A stretch of 32,000 bases of DNA from Ruficoccus sp. ZRK36 (GCF_019603315.1 NZ_CP080649.1:3627436-3659435); one strand, 5' to 3'; counted from the stretch's first letter, positions 7,776 through 16,554 are shown. The notes: a model not told the origin generated them from the sequence alone. Numbers and translations: made by a program.

Positions 7776-8779
7776 TACTGGTGTTCTGGCTTAAGGCTCC
7801 GGGAGAGTAAGGCACCCAGCGCCTCTCGTGGTTCGACTCCGTTATAGAGGATTTCGTGCAGCTGATCAAGAATGGGTGTGCGGGCCCCGCACTTTTTTAC
7901 GATGCGCGAGTAGCCCTCGGTCGCACCGTAGCCCTCGACCACCGTGCGCCGGTGGTCCAGCAGATCAGCAACGAGTTTGCCCTGCCCCACAGCTTCCCCA
8001 AAACCGCGGTTGCGGCTCCAGGCCCCGAAGCTCGTGGCCATGAGGTCGCCGACCCCACTGAGGCCATAAAAAGTCTCCGCCTGGCCCCCCAGAGCGATCC
8101 CGAGGCGTACCATCTCGTGCAGCGAGCGGGTCAGCAGAGCGGCCTTGGCGTTATCGCCCAGCTTGAGCCCGTCGCAGAGCCCCGCGCCGATGGCGTAAAT
8201 GTTTTTTAAGGCGCCCCCCAGCTCGACGCCTCGCAGGTCTCCCGAGCGGTACACACGCAGGGCATCCCCGTTAAAGGCTTCCTGCATGCGCGCGGTCAGC
8301 TCGTCCTCCGCCTCAGAGGCCAGCACAACCGCCGTCGGGCTGCCAGCAGCGACTTCGGCCGCATTCGAGGGACCGGAGAGTGCCCCCACGGCAATACCGG
8401 GAACCAGCTCGGCCACGATCTCACTGGGCGCATGCAGCGACTCCATCTCCACCCCCTTACAGAGGGTGACGATCATCTGCGCCTGCCAGGCCGACTCACG
8501 CGCCTCGGCTATTTGCTGACAAAAATCACGCAGACCCCGAATCGGGCAAGCCAGCACGATCAGCTCGGCCTCCATCAGGACGGGCTTGAACTCGCAGCCG
8601 ATCTGCAAGTCCGGCCCCCAACTGAAACCGGGCAGGTAGTCGCGGTTCTCGCGGGCACTGGCCAGCTCAAGCGCATGCTCGAAGCGGCGCGGGCACAGCG
8701 TGACGCGGTGGTTTTGGCGGGAAAGATGCAGCGCGAGGGCCGTGCCCCACGCCCCGGCTCCGAGGACAGCGATGTTCAT
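7775..8779 (-). CDS. gpsA: NAD(P)H-dependent glycerol-3-phosphate dehydrogenase
   Basis: 334 aa with an N-terminal Rossmann motif MNIAVLGAGAWGTALA and conserved GpsA blocks (GALKNIYAIGAG, GLSGVGDL..T). Its start overlaps the panB stop (ATGA at 8776-8779). Confidence 0.92.
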   Translation of the reverse strand: MNIAVLGAGAWGTALALHLSRQNHRVTLCPRRFEHALELASARENRDYLPGFSWGPDLQIGCEFKPVLMEAELIVLACPIRGLRDFCQQIAEARESAWQAQMIVTLCKGVEMESLHAPSEIVAELVPGIAVGALSGPSNAAEVAAGSPTAVVLASEAEDELTARMQEAFNGDALRVYRSGDLRGVELGGALKNIYAIGAGLCDGLKLGDNAKAALLTRSLHEMVRLGIALGGQAETFYGLSGVGDLMATSFGAWSRNRGFGEAVGQGKLVADLLDHRRTVVEGYGATEGYSRIVKKCGARTPILDQLHEILYNGVEPREALGALLSRSLKPEHQ

Positions 8780-9555
8780 GAGGGAAATTTTCTTTCGCGC
8801 ACGTCTGAGGCGTACGACTTAAAGGCGTCGGCGATGGTTGAGCGCAAATTCGCGTATTGCTTGACGAAAGACGGTACATAGCCGGAGGTGAGCCCCAGCA
8901 TATCCGTGGAGACGAGCACCTGTCCGTCACAGCCGACTCCACTGCCGATGCCGATCGTCGGCACGCCAATGGCTTCGCTCACGGCAGTCGCAGTCTCGGC
9001 GGCAACCATCTCGCAAACGATGGCAAAGACACCTGCCTGCTCCAGCGCCTGAGCGTCACGGATCAGCTGCACACGCTGCTCCTCGGTCTTGCCAAACTTG
9101 CGGTACCCGCCCAGCTGGTAAACCTGCTGCGGGAGCAGACCGATATGGCCGAGCACCGGCACCCCGGAGGCGGTCAGCGTGGCAATCACCGGGGCCAGGT
9201 CTTCGCCGCCCTCGATCTTGACCGCGTCAACCCCGGCCTCCTGCATGAAGCGGCAGCAGACCTCCAGCACGTAGTCGGTGCTGCGCCGTACGACGCCAAA
9301 GGGGATGTCCGCGACCACGAGGGAATTGGGCTTCGCGCGCACGACAGACGAGGCAGCCTGCAACATCATGGGAACGGTCACCGGCACGGTTGTTTCAAAA
9401 CCCAGCTGCATCGGCCCCAGCGTGTCGCCGACGAGAATCAGGTCGATACCGGCCTCGCTGGCCAGTCCGGCCATAGTGCTGTCGTAAGCGGTTACGCAGA
9501 CCACGGGTCGCGTGCCCTTGAGCTTACGGATGTCACGGGTGCTCACTTTTCCCAT
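8776..9555 (-). CDS. panB: 3-methyl-2-oxobutanoate hydroxymethyltransferase (ketopantoate hydroxymethyltransferase)
   Basis: 259 aa with characteristic PanB blocks: VCVTAYD, DLILVGDTLG, VVADIPFG, VKIEGG, GHIGLLPQ. Confidence 0.92.
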   Translation of the reverse strand: MGKVSTRDIRKLKGTRPVVCVTAYDSTMAGLASEAGIDLILVGDTLGPMQLGFETTVPVTVPMMLQAASSVVRAKPNSLVVADIPFGVVRRSTDYVLEVCCRFMQEAGVDAVKIEGGEDLAPVIATLTASGVPVLGHIGLLPQQVYQLGGYRKFGKTEEQRVQLIRDAQALEQAGVFAIVCEMVAAETATAVSEAIGVPTIGIGSGVGCDGQVLVSTDMLGLTSGYVPSFVKQYANLRSTIADAFKSYASDVRERKFPS

Positions 9556-9702
9556 ACCCGTTTATCGCAATCATTCCCCTCCCCCCTTGCAAGCTTGTAT
9601 GTCTGCCAGACTAAAGGACTTGGGCCACCTCAAACACGATGCGGGCGCAGTCACAGCGCAAAAGATTGCATTGCGCACCGGGCTCGGGATAATCGCGCTC
9701 CT

Positions 9703-9963
9703 GTGATCGGTCGATTTTATCGCTGGCTTTACCACCACCGGCAGCAGCGCAACTCGCGCCGCCGCCTGTCTGGTCGTACCCGCCCGAAGAATCGCTTCCG
9801 GCGCTTCACCTACACGGCGTTCACCCGCGAGGGCTCCAGTAAATATACCCCCTCCGAGCTGCGCAGAAACTGGCTGCGCGTGCTGGGCATCCTCGCCCTC
9901 GTCGTAGGGGCTGGTTGGATCATCTGGGAGAGCGCCCACGCGCTTTTTATGTTCCAACCCTGA
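9703..9963 (+). CDS. Possible small (86-aa) Arg-rich protein with a C-terminal TM helix
   Basis: This is the 3' tail of track ORF 8857..9963 lying beyond panB. The only plausible start is GTG 9703. Hand-counted GC3 is about 77% in this frame versus about 57% for the competing minus ORF 9571..9957. Very basic N-terminus (RQQRNSRRRLSGRTRPKNRFRR) followed by WLRVLGILALVVGAGWIIW. No clear SD. Confidence 0.4.
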   Translation: MIGRFYRWLYHHRQQRNSRRRLSGRTRPKNRFRRFTYTAFTREGSSKYTPSELRRNWLRVLGILALVVGAGWIIWESAHALFMFQP

Positions 9964-10120
9964 CCGGCGGGCGGAATGCCTGCTCTAGCATTGATGGGGC
10001 CGACCCCATGAAGAGCGTTTGAGAGTTCCGGGTTTGAGAATTTGAAAGTTGGATAACAAACGACCGGGAGACTCTGATGAACTCGCAGAAATGGTGGCGA
10101 CCCCAGTTTTGATGCTTTGC

Positions 10121-10165
10121 TCAGCGATTGTTTGAACCAGTAAAACTGGTTCAAACAATCGCTGA
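10121..10165. repeat. Perfect 20-bp inverted repeat (palindromic hairpin) between convergent genes
   Basis: TCAGCGATTGTTTGAACCAG (10121-10140), loop TAAAA, CTGGTTCAAACAATCGCTGA (10146-10165). No mismatches and no flanking U-tract in either direction. Confidence 0.85.
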
Positions 10166-10237
10166 CACGATGCGTAGCATCGAAAGTGCAGGCTCCGCCT
10201 GCCGCGGGTGCGGGGTGCGCAGCCCCGCATTTCCCCC

Positions 10238-10729
10238 TCACACCAGCAGTTGGAGCTGTTCCTGGACGCGGGTGAGTTTTTCGGGATCGAGATCGCCCAT
10301 CGGCACATCGTACTCGCGGTCCTGCTTCGGGTGGCGGTAGCGCTGCACGCCATCGGCCATCGGGCCTACCCGGCGGAGGATACGCTTACGCTCCAGCATG
10401 AGCCCCAGGAGCTGCTTGAGCACTGCCCGGTCTTCCTCGCCCTCGGCGTCATTCTCCTCGTAGAGCGAGATAAACAGCTCCTCCGTGGTGGCCATGAGCT
10501 GGCGGCGGGCTTCTTTGGCCTCCTCATTGGGAGTCTTCACCTCGCGGCGCCAGCGCCCGAGCACACCGCCCGGCGCGGAAAACTCCTCGGCCTCTGCCTC
10601 ACGCAGGTCTGTGCGCTGGAGCTGCCTCTCCTCATCCAGGTGAAGGATACAGACGACGATCTCGCCTTCAGAGAAAGCTTCGCCGGAGACGGTTGACTCG
10701 CGGGCCGGGGGTTTAAACTGCCAATCCAT
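10238..10729 (-). CDS. Hypothetical acidic 163-aa protein
   Basis: ATG at 10729 with GC3-rich codons. Charged, helix-prone sequence (EEAKEARRQLMATTEELFISLYEENDAEGEEDRAVLKQLLGLMLERKRILRR). No family recognised. Divergent from the phosphatase gene. Confidence 0.6.
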   Translation of the reverse strand: MDWQFKPPARESTVSGEAFSEGEIVVCILHLDEERQLQRTDLREAEAEEFSAPGGVLGRWRREVKTPNEEAKEARRQLMATTEELFISLYEENDAEGEEDRAVLKQLLGLMLERKRILRRVGPMADGVQRYRHPKQDREYDVPMGDLDPEKLTRVQEQLQLLV

Positions 10730-10809
10730 AGTTTTTTGTTCCAGTCGAAAGGAATTGTTTGCATGGTAGGGGCCGCTACAAGGAAAAAGCCTGTTTTAAA
10801 TAAGGAACT

Positions 10810-11484
10810 ATGGGGGACGAACAAGGAAGACTCATTGCGATCGGCGACGTGCACGGCTGTGCGGACGAGCTGGAGGAAATGCTCGACAAGATAGCGCCGA
10901 GCGTTGACGACACCCTGATCTTCCTCGGTGACATCGTAAACCGCGGCCCGGCCACCTCCCGCGTGCTCCAGCGCGTAAAAACCCTCGGTAACGCCCGCTG
11001 CCTGCTCGGAAACCATGAGCTGCGCCTCCTGCGCTACCGCCATGAGGGCGACCCCACCGTCCTGAAGGACTACGACTGGGAGACCCTCAAGCAGATCGGC
11101 CGGGATGACTGGGCCTTTCTGGAGAGCTGCGAGCTGACCATTTCCTACCCCGAGCAGGAGACAGTCTTCGTCCATGGAGGGTTTCTCCCCACCACAGCTT
11201 GGTCCGAGCAGGGCGCCGAGATCGTCACCTCCATCCAGGTGATCAACCCGGACAACCCCTCCGAGTACGGCAAGCGCTCCAAACTATCCAATGGCGTCAG
11301 CTGGGCCGAAGCCTGGAAGGGACCGCCCTTCGTCATCTACGGCCACACACCGCGCCCCGACATTTTCCGCCGCCCCTGGTCCCTGTGCATTGACACCGGC
11401 TGCGTCTACGGCGGCAAGCTCACCGCCTACGATGTCAAAGCTGAAAAATTCCTTCAGGTCCCCGCCCGCAAAACCTACATTTAG
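10810..11484 (+). CDS. PPP-family metallophosphoesterase (Ser/Thr phosphatase / ApaH-like)
   Basis: 224 aa with the motifs GDVHG, GDIVNRGP and GNHE in canonical order and spacing. AAGGA lies just upstream of the ATG. Confidence 0.85.
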   Translation: MGDEQGRLIAIGDVHGCADELEEMLDKIAPSVDDTLIFLGDIVNRGPATSRVLQRVKTLGNARCLLGNHELRLLRYRHEGDPTVLKDYDWETLKQIGRDDWAFLESCELTISYPEQETVFVHGGFLPTTAWSEQGAEIVTSIQVINPDNPSEYGKRSKLSNGVSWAEAWKGPPFVIYGHTPRPDIFRRPWSLCIDTGCVYGGKLTAYDVKAEKFLQVPARKTYI

Positions 11485-11505
11485 ACACCACTAGCCACCA
11501 CTTCC

Positions 11506-12069
11506 ATGAACGACGATACCGGCCAACTCTCCCGCAAAATCATCCTGCTTGTCCTCGATATGCAGGAAACCTTCCTCAAGGTCATGCCCGACCGAGAGAG
11601 TGTCATGGCCCGATGTTCGCTCGCCGTGAGCGCGGCTCACCTACTGGGCATCGACGTCGTCTTTACCGAGCAGATGCCCGACAAGCTCGGCCCCACCCTG
11701 CCCGAGCTGCTCGCGCTGGCCCCCGATGCCTCCGTCTTCGGTAAAACGTCGTTCTCCGCTTTACAGGCCCCCGGCCTGGAAGCCTATCTGCAGGAGGGAG
11801 AGACCGAGCACTTGCTCATCGCCGGGCTGGAGACCCCTATCTGCGTTTACCAGACCGCTCTGGCAGCCCAAAACGAGGACTACGGCGTCACCCTGCTCTC
11901 GGACGCCCTCACCTGCCGCCGCTCTGATGACGGCGAGCAGATTCTGCGTGCACTCCGGCACGCCGCCTGTCATATTCTCCCCACCGAAACCGTTTTCTAC
12001 AGCCTGCTCTCCGATTCGCGACACCCCGCCTTCCGGTCCTTTACCCAATTGGTCAAGCAGTATGGCTGA
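11506..12069 (+). CDS. Isochorismatase-family cysteine hydrolase
   Basis: 187 aa. LVLDMQ (catalytic Asp region) and IAGLETPICV (catalytic Cys), typical of the isochorismatase/nicotinamidase fold. Confidence 0.8.
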   Translation: MNDDTGQLSRKIILLVLDMQETFLKVMPDRESVMARCSLAVSAAHLLGIDVVFTEQMPDKLGPTLPELLALAPDASVFGKTSFSALQAPGLEAYLQEGETEHLLIAGLETPICVYQTALAAQNEDYGVTLLSDALTCRRSDDGEQILRALRHAACHILPTETVFYSLLSDSRHPAFRSFTQLVKQYG

Positions 12070-13441
12070 TGTGAACGACATGCCCGCTCCCCCCGCCAAC
12101 GTCGAGGCTTACACACTCGACGAACTGCGTAAGCTTTACACCGAAAAAGGCGTTGAGGGCCTTGATGCGCACCGCATCGAGTTAACCTCGCCCTACACGG
12201 TCGGCAGTTTCCTCTCCCGCCTCGATGTGGATGGCCGCCGCGATGTGCTGCGCCTCATCCCGCTTGAGCACACCACGGACATTCTATCGGAGATGGACGC
12301 CGAGGATGCCGCCGATGTCGTCGAGGCCATGCGCGAAAAGCGCGCGGTCAAGATCCTGGAGGAACTCGACCCCGACGACAGCGCCGACATCATGAACGAG
12401 ATGGAGGACGCCGACCGCGAGCGCCTCCTGGGCAAGGTGGACGACGAGACAGCCGCTACCATGCGCGAGCTCATCGCCTACGAGCCCGATACTGCCGGTG
12501 GTATCATGACGACCGAGGTCGCCACGGCCCGCCCGAGCATGACCGTCATCCAGACCGTCCGGCACATCCAGCGCCTCAATGACGAGCTGGAGCATATCTT
12601 TTACGTTTACGTGGTCGATGAGGAGAACCGCCTGCTCGGTGTCGTCTCCATGCGCGACCTGGTCATGCATGGCCCGCTGGACTACCTGCGTGACATCATG
12701 AACAGCGACCTGCAGGGCATCTGCTCCGTCGATATGGACCAGGAAGACGTGGCCCGCACCATGGCCCAGCTCAACCTCAACGCTGTGCCCGTGGTCGACG
12801 TCAACAACCGGCTGGTCGGGATGGTCACGCATGATGACGTGCTCGACATTGTCCAGTCCGAGGCCACGGAGGACATCCAGATGCTCATGGGTGCCGGGGG
12901 GGACGAGGCCGTGAACGACCCGGTCTTTCAGAGCATCCAGCGGCGCAGCCCCTGGCTGATGATCAACCTCGTCACGGCAATGCTGGCAGGCAGCGTGGTC
13001 TACGCCTTTGAGGACCAGATCAGCAGGATGGCCATCCTCGCCGCCTGCATGCCCGTGGTCGCAGGGCTCAGCGGTAATACCGGGGCTCAGACCCTCGCGA
13101 TCCTCATCCGCAGTATCGCCCTGGGGGACATCCACAGCGGTGAAGACCGCCGTGTGTGCATGCGGGAGATGTTCAAGGGCCTGATCAACGGCCTGTTCAT
13201 CGGCATGATCGCCGCGGTCAGTGTCGGCGTCTTCACCGGTAACCCGATGATCTCCGTCGTCATCTTCAGCGCCATGGTGGTCGCCATGTGCTTTGCGGGC
13301 ATGGCCGGGGCCTTTATCCCTCTGATGCTAAACAAGCTCGGATTCGACCCGGCTCAGTCCAGTAACATCTTTCTAACGGCCTCGACGGACATCTTCAGCT
13401 TCGCCGTCTTCCTCAGCCTCGGCACCTGGATACTGCTTTAA
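12062..13441 (+). CDS. mgtE: Magnesium transporter MgtE
   Basis: The real start is taken as ATG 12062 (MADVNDM...), overlapping the upstream stop by 8 nt. The track ORF start at 11726 is an out-of-gene extension. It has the acidic MgtE N-domain (DAEDAADVVEAM, DPDDSADIMNEMEDADRE), a CBS pair and 5 C-terminal TM helices (PVVAGLSGNTGAQT). Confidence 0.9.
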   Translation: MADVNDMPAPPANVEAYTLDELRKLYTEKGVEGLDAHRIELTSPYTVGSFLSRLDVDGRRDVLRLIPLEHTTDILSEMDAEDAADVVEAMREKRAVKILEELDPDDSADIMNEMEDADRERLLGKVDDETAATMRELIAYEPDTAGGIMTTEVATARPSMTVIQTVRHIQRLNDELEHIFYVYVVDEENRLLGVVSMRDLVMHGPLDYLRDIMNSDLQGICSVDMDQEDVARTMAQLNLNAVPVVDVNNRLVGMVTHDDVLDIVQSEATEDIQMLMGAGGDEAVNDPVFQSIQRRSPWLMINLVTAMLAGSVVYAFEDQISRMAILAACMPVVAGLSGNTGAQTLAILIRSIALGDIHSGEDRRVCMREMFKGLINGLFIGMIAAVSVGVFTGNPMISVVIFSAMVVAMCFAGMAGAFIPLMLNKLGFDPAQSSNIFLTASTDIFSFAVFLSLGTWILL

Positions 13442-13560
13442 CGCAAGCAGTGGCAATAAACCGCATCCCACAGGCGGTTGCCCGGCAACATACACGGATT
13501 CGTGTGTGCAGTAACGTGTGCCGCTGGCCAGTCCACTTTGATCCCTAACATGAAGGACAT

Positions 13561-13679
13561 GCCCCACATGCTAATGTTACAATTAGAATATCTAATTTGA
13601 ATAAAAACAATATTAATAAAGTATTTGACACCCGCCTATATCACAGCATGAACATAATCTTCCCAAACGCCGTCTTGCC
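13561..13679 (+). promoter_or_regulatory. AT-rich putative promoter/leader region of the large secreted-protein gene
   Basis: A sharply AT-rich stretch (TTACAATTAGAATATCTAATTTGAATAAAAACAATATTAATAAAGTATTTGACA) in an otherwise GC-rich window. It contains a TTGACA hexamer at 13625-13630 and CATAAT at 13653-13658, but the 22-nt spacing is not canonical. No TSS can be assigned. Confidence 0.35.
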
Positions 13680-16493
13680 ATGAAGCAATTAATACTCGTC
13701 TCACTCTGCCTGTTCTTATGCACGCTCGGCCTGAAGGCCGAATCCTATCACGGGATTTACCGGGGGGACTACGAATTAACGACCTATAAATACGGCTATT
13801 ACGCCGAAGATGGATTTTTCATCGTCTATGTGGACGCCAGAAACAAGGCAACGGTATGGCTAGCCAATAATGACGAAGAAGACCAGTGGGTTGAAACGGT
13901 TAGGTTCAACGTAGATGACGAAGGCTACGGAAAGTTCAAGACCCACAACAAGTATTTGGTCGGATGCCAGGTCAATGATGACGGCAGCTTCACCATTAGC
14001 AGTCTGGAGCAGGACACAATGGTCAGCACCAGTAATACTGAGCGAGTCAACTGGAGCCCATACTACGGTGATGCTGGCAGGTACTCGGTCTCGGGGAAGG
14101 GCTACTACATGGGTAGCACCATATCAGTGAGAGGTGAGGCGTACCTTTTACCCGATGGAGATGTCTATATGTATCTCCGCAGTGGAAGTGAGGTCGTCAT
14201 GGAGCGCATCCCCAGCGTCAGCTCCTACGCAAAGAGCAGCACCTCGGCGCCCTCGATTGTCTACACAGACTTAACGCCCGGCAGATACAAACTCACCTAC
14301 GACTACATCGACGATGACGGAGTGCATGTCGTCCTGGACATGACGCAGAACCTCAACTTTTTCGACAGCGATGCAGACGGACTCTGCAACTACGTCGAAG
14401 CGTACTACGGCACAGACGAAACAACGGCTGACTCCGACAAAAACAGAGTCTATGACGCATACGAGTATCTCGCGGATTACTTGGGTGTTGAAGATCTCTC
14501 TGACAATATCCCCCAGCCGGATATCTACTCTGTTGAGCTCGATGGCTACTCACTGCTCATGGCTCCCGTATCTTCATCCTCGGCCATGGTATTCTGCACA
14601 GAGGACCTGAGCGAGCTGGACAGCGACTCTCTGCAGGCCGTGACAAGCTATCTGGAGAAGAAGGGCTATCTCGTCGCTGATGACGGCACCGTCTCGTATT
14701 CCTTCACGCTCACATGGGACAAACAAGGGATCGGAACAGCAAAAGATATATACGGAGACACTTTATATTCCCTCATGACCGAGGGCAATAAAATGGGGCT
14801 GGTCACGACGGCATCCTACGGGGTCTTTGACGCCCAAAGCCTTACCCTGGCAGGAATGCGGCATGAACCAAGCAGCGAGTTCGGCCTCTATAAGGGAAAG
14901 GTCCGTGTCGCCGGAATAACCAGCAATGCCTATATCATCCTCAATGGCGACGGAGAGTACATCCTTTACACGCAGACGCAAAAGAAGGGCTACGACTACA
15001 TCTGGGGCCAATATGGAATCGGTTATGAGAATGGCGAAAGCGTAATCATTTTCAACAATTCACCGGACAGCGAAGACAACTTTTTGGCAGGAGTCAGCGC
15101 CAGCCTCGCCGTCACGGATCGATACGCGAAAATCGCTTTTGATTCCAGAAAGTCCGATATTGAGACCGAGGTCGAGAACATCACTTTCTCGCGTTTGTAC
15201 GATCTGTACGACTCGGACTCAGACGGCCTCTCAAACTGGGCAGAATCGAACACCTACGGCACCAATCCCCTCCTGAGCGACTCCGACAAGGACAGAATGA
15301 GCGATGGGGCTGAGATTGAAGCGGGAACCGACCCGAGTGATTCGGCTGTTTTTCCGGCCAGCATTAAGATCTCCGCGAAAATGGCCAGCCGCGTCAAACT
15401 CGACATCCCTCAGATATTTAATCTCTATATCGACGGCAAGGCCTACGACGCGGGCCTCATGATGGACACCAAAGGCAGCCTGACCACCACCGTCTATCTC
15501 CCCGCCGGTTCCACCTACAGCATCTATGCGACCCTTTCGTCCATTGATGAAGAAAACATGGGCCTCAAGGTCTACTACGATACCGGTGCCCCCGTGGACG
15601 TAGCTCTCACTCGCAACACCAGTCTTTCATTGGTTTTTGACGGTGACCAGGACGGTGATGGCCTGCTCGACAGTGAAGAAGCCAAATACAAGAGCGACCC
15701 CAAGCTGGCCGACACAGACGGGGATGGTCTGACTGACGCAGAGGAGATAGAGTTAAAACTAAAGCCCTACATGGCTGACTCCGACAATGACGGCTACAGC
15801 GACTATATGGAGGTCGTACTGGGCACAAATCCGCTCCAGAAAAAGGACGCTCCGGTCGCCTATGCACAGCAGTCAGTGACCGCCTCGCTTACTCTGATCT
15901 ACGTGGACGAAGATGGTCTCTCCAAGACGAAGGTACTCGACACCGTAGCCTTCTGCGAATTGCTGGCTGAAATCGCCGACGTAGAGAACCCCACGGGTGA
16001 GTTGAAGATCCGTACGAACTTCACGGAGGATGGCGATGGTGCCAGCTGGATGCTCTCGACGGCGACCGGGCCGGTTAACATCAACAAGTACATATCCGCA
16101 GTCAAAATCGCTGGCCAAAAGAACTACTTCTCCACCGCCATCGACGAGGATCTCATCACACACCACATCGTCGCCTACTCAATCGAGAACCGTAAAAAGA
16201 AGATCTCACTGACACTCATCGCCGATGGTGACTATGAGTATGAGCTCAATCAGATGGATGGGCTCTCGCTACTACTGATGACTGAGCAGGACACTCCCAC
16301 CCGTGTGAGCGGCATCATCGAGCACCCCGATTATACCGCTAAGGACCAAGCGGGCATCATTCGCGGCAGCCTGCGCTACGGAAGTGAGAGCGCCCACTAT
16401 CCCACACCTGACTCTGGGAGTAGCGTCTCGAGTGGAAGCATGGGGAGCATTGTATCACCTGAGCAGGACTTCGCGGTAAGTCCTGCTATGTAG
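13680..16493 (+). CDS. Large secreted protein (937 aa) with bacterial TSP3-type (thrombospondin type 3-like) calcium-binding Asp repeats
   Basis: Signal peptide MKQLILVSLCLFLCTLGLKA|ES. There are three acidic DxDxDG clusters. The first is DSDADGLCNYVEAYYGTDETTADSD (nt 14364-14447). The second is DSDSDGLSNWAESNTYGTNPLLSDSDKDRMSDGAEIEAGTDPSD (15210-15344). The third is DGDQDGDGLLDSEE...DTDGDGLTDAEE...DSDNDGYSDYMEVVLGTNP (15639-15836). They are separated by beta-rich Tyr/Gly modules. No membrane anchor or sorting motif recognised. Confidence 0.8.
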   Translation: MKQLILVSLCLFLCTLGLKAESYHGIYRGDYELTTYKYGYYAEDGFFIVYVDARNKATVWLANNDEEDQWVETVRFNVDDEGYGKFKTHNKYLVGCQVNDDGSFTISSLEQDTMVSTSNTERVNWSPYYGDAGRYSVSGKGYYMGSTISVRGEAYLLPDGDVYMYLRSGSEVVMERIPSVSSYAKSSTSAPSIVYTDLTPGRYKLTYDYIDDDGVHVVLDMTQNLNFFDSDADGLCNYVEAYYGTDETTADSDKNRVYDAYEYLADYLGVEDLSDNIPQPDIYSVELDGYSLLMAPVSSSSAMVFCTEDLSELDSDSLQAVTSYLEKKGYLVADDGTVSYSFTLTWDKQGIGTAKDIYGDTLYSLMTEGNKMGLVTTASYGVFDAQSLTLAGMRHEPSSEFGLYKGKVRVAGITSNAYIILNGDGEYILYTQTQKKGYDYIWGQYGIGYENGESVIIFNNSPDSEDNFLAGVSASLAVTDRYAKIAFDSRKSDIETEVENITFSRLYDLYDSDSDGLSNWAESNTYGTNPLLSDSDKDRMSDGAEIEAGTDPSDSAVFPASIKISAKMASRVKLDIPQIFNLYIDGKAYDAGLMMDTKGSLTTTVYLPAGSTYSIYATLSSIDEENMGLKVYYDTGAPVDVALTRNTSLSLVFDGDQDGDGLLDSEEAKYKSDPKLADTDGDGLTDAEEIELKLKPYMADSDNDGYSDYMEVVLGTNPLQKKDAPVAYAQQSVTASLTLIYVDEDGLSKTKVLDTVAFCELLAEIADVENPTGELKIRTNFTEDGDGASWMLSTATGPVNINKYISAVKIAGQKNYFSTAIDEDLITHHIVAYSIENRKKKISLTLIADGDYEYELNQMDGLSLLLMTEQDTPTRVSGIIEHPDYTAKDQAGIIRGSLRYGSESAHYPTPDSGSSVSSGSMGSIVSPEQDFAVSPAM

Positions 16494-16520
16494 CGGGGCA
16501 ACCTAGAACACTCTTTGGTC

Positions 16521-16554
16521 AAAGCCGTCATGCGACATGCATGGCGGCTTTTTA
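16521..16554 (+). terminator. Rho-independent terminator of the secreted-protein gene
   Basis: 12-bp stem AAAGCCGTCATG (16521-16532) / CATGGCGGCTTT (16540-16551) with one U-G pair and a 7-nt loop, running into a T-tract (to about 16553). About 28 nt after the TAG at 16491. Confidence 0.8.

Noticed and set aside
7830-7840. tRNA T-loop-like sequence GGTTCGACTCC
   Set aside because: The flanks cannot form T-stem or acceptor-stem pairing, and the sequence lies inside the gpsA coding region. Not a tRNA.
8857-9702. Long plus-strand ORF (368 aa in the track) covering panB
   Set aside because: It is antisense to a confidently identified panB and its translation is Arg/His/Gly-rich nonsense typical of GC-rich shadow frames. 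Only the last 87 codons beyond panB (9703-9963) were kept as a low-confidence candidate.
11726-12061. N-terminal 112-aa extension of the mgtE ORF in the track (start 11726)
   Set aside because: It lies out of frame inside the isochorismatase gene with a Pro/Ser/Arg-rich product. The MgtE homology begins at ATG 12062.
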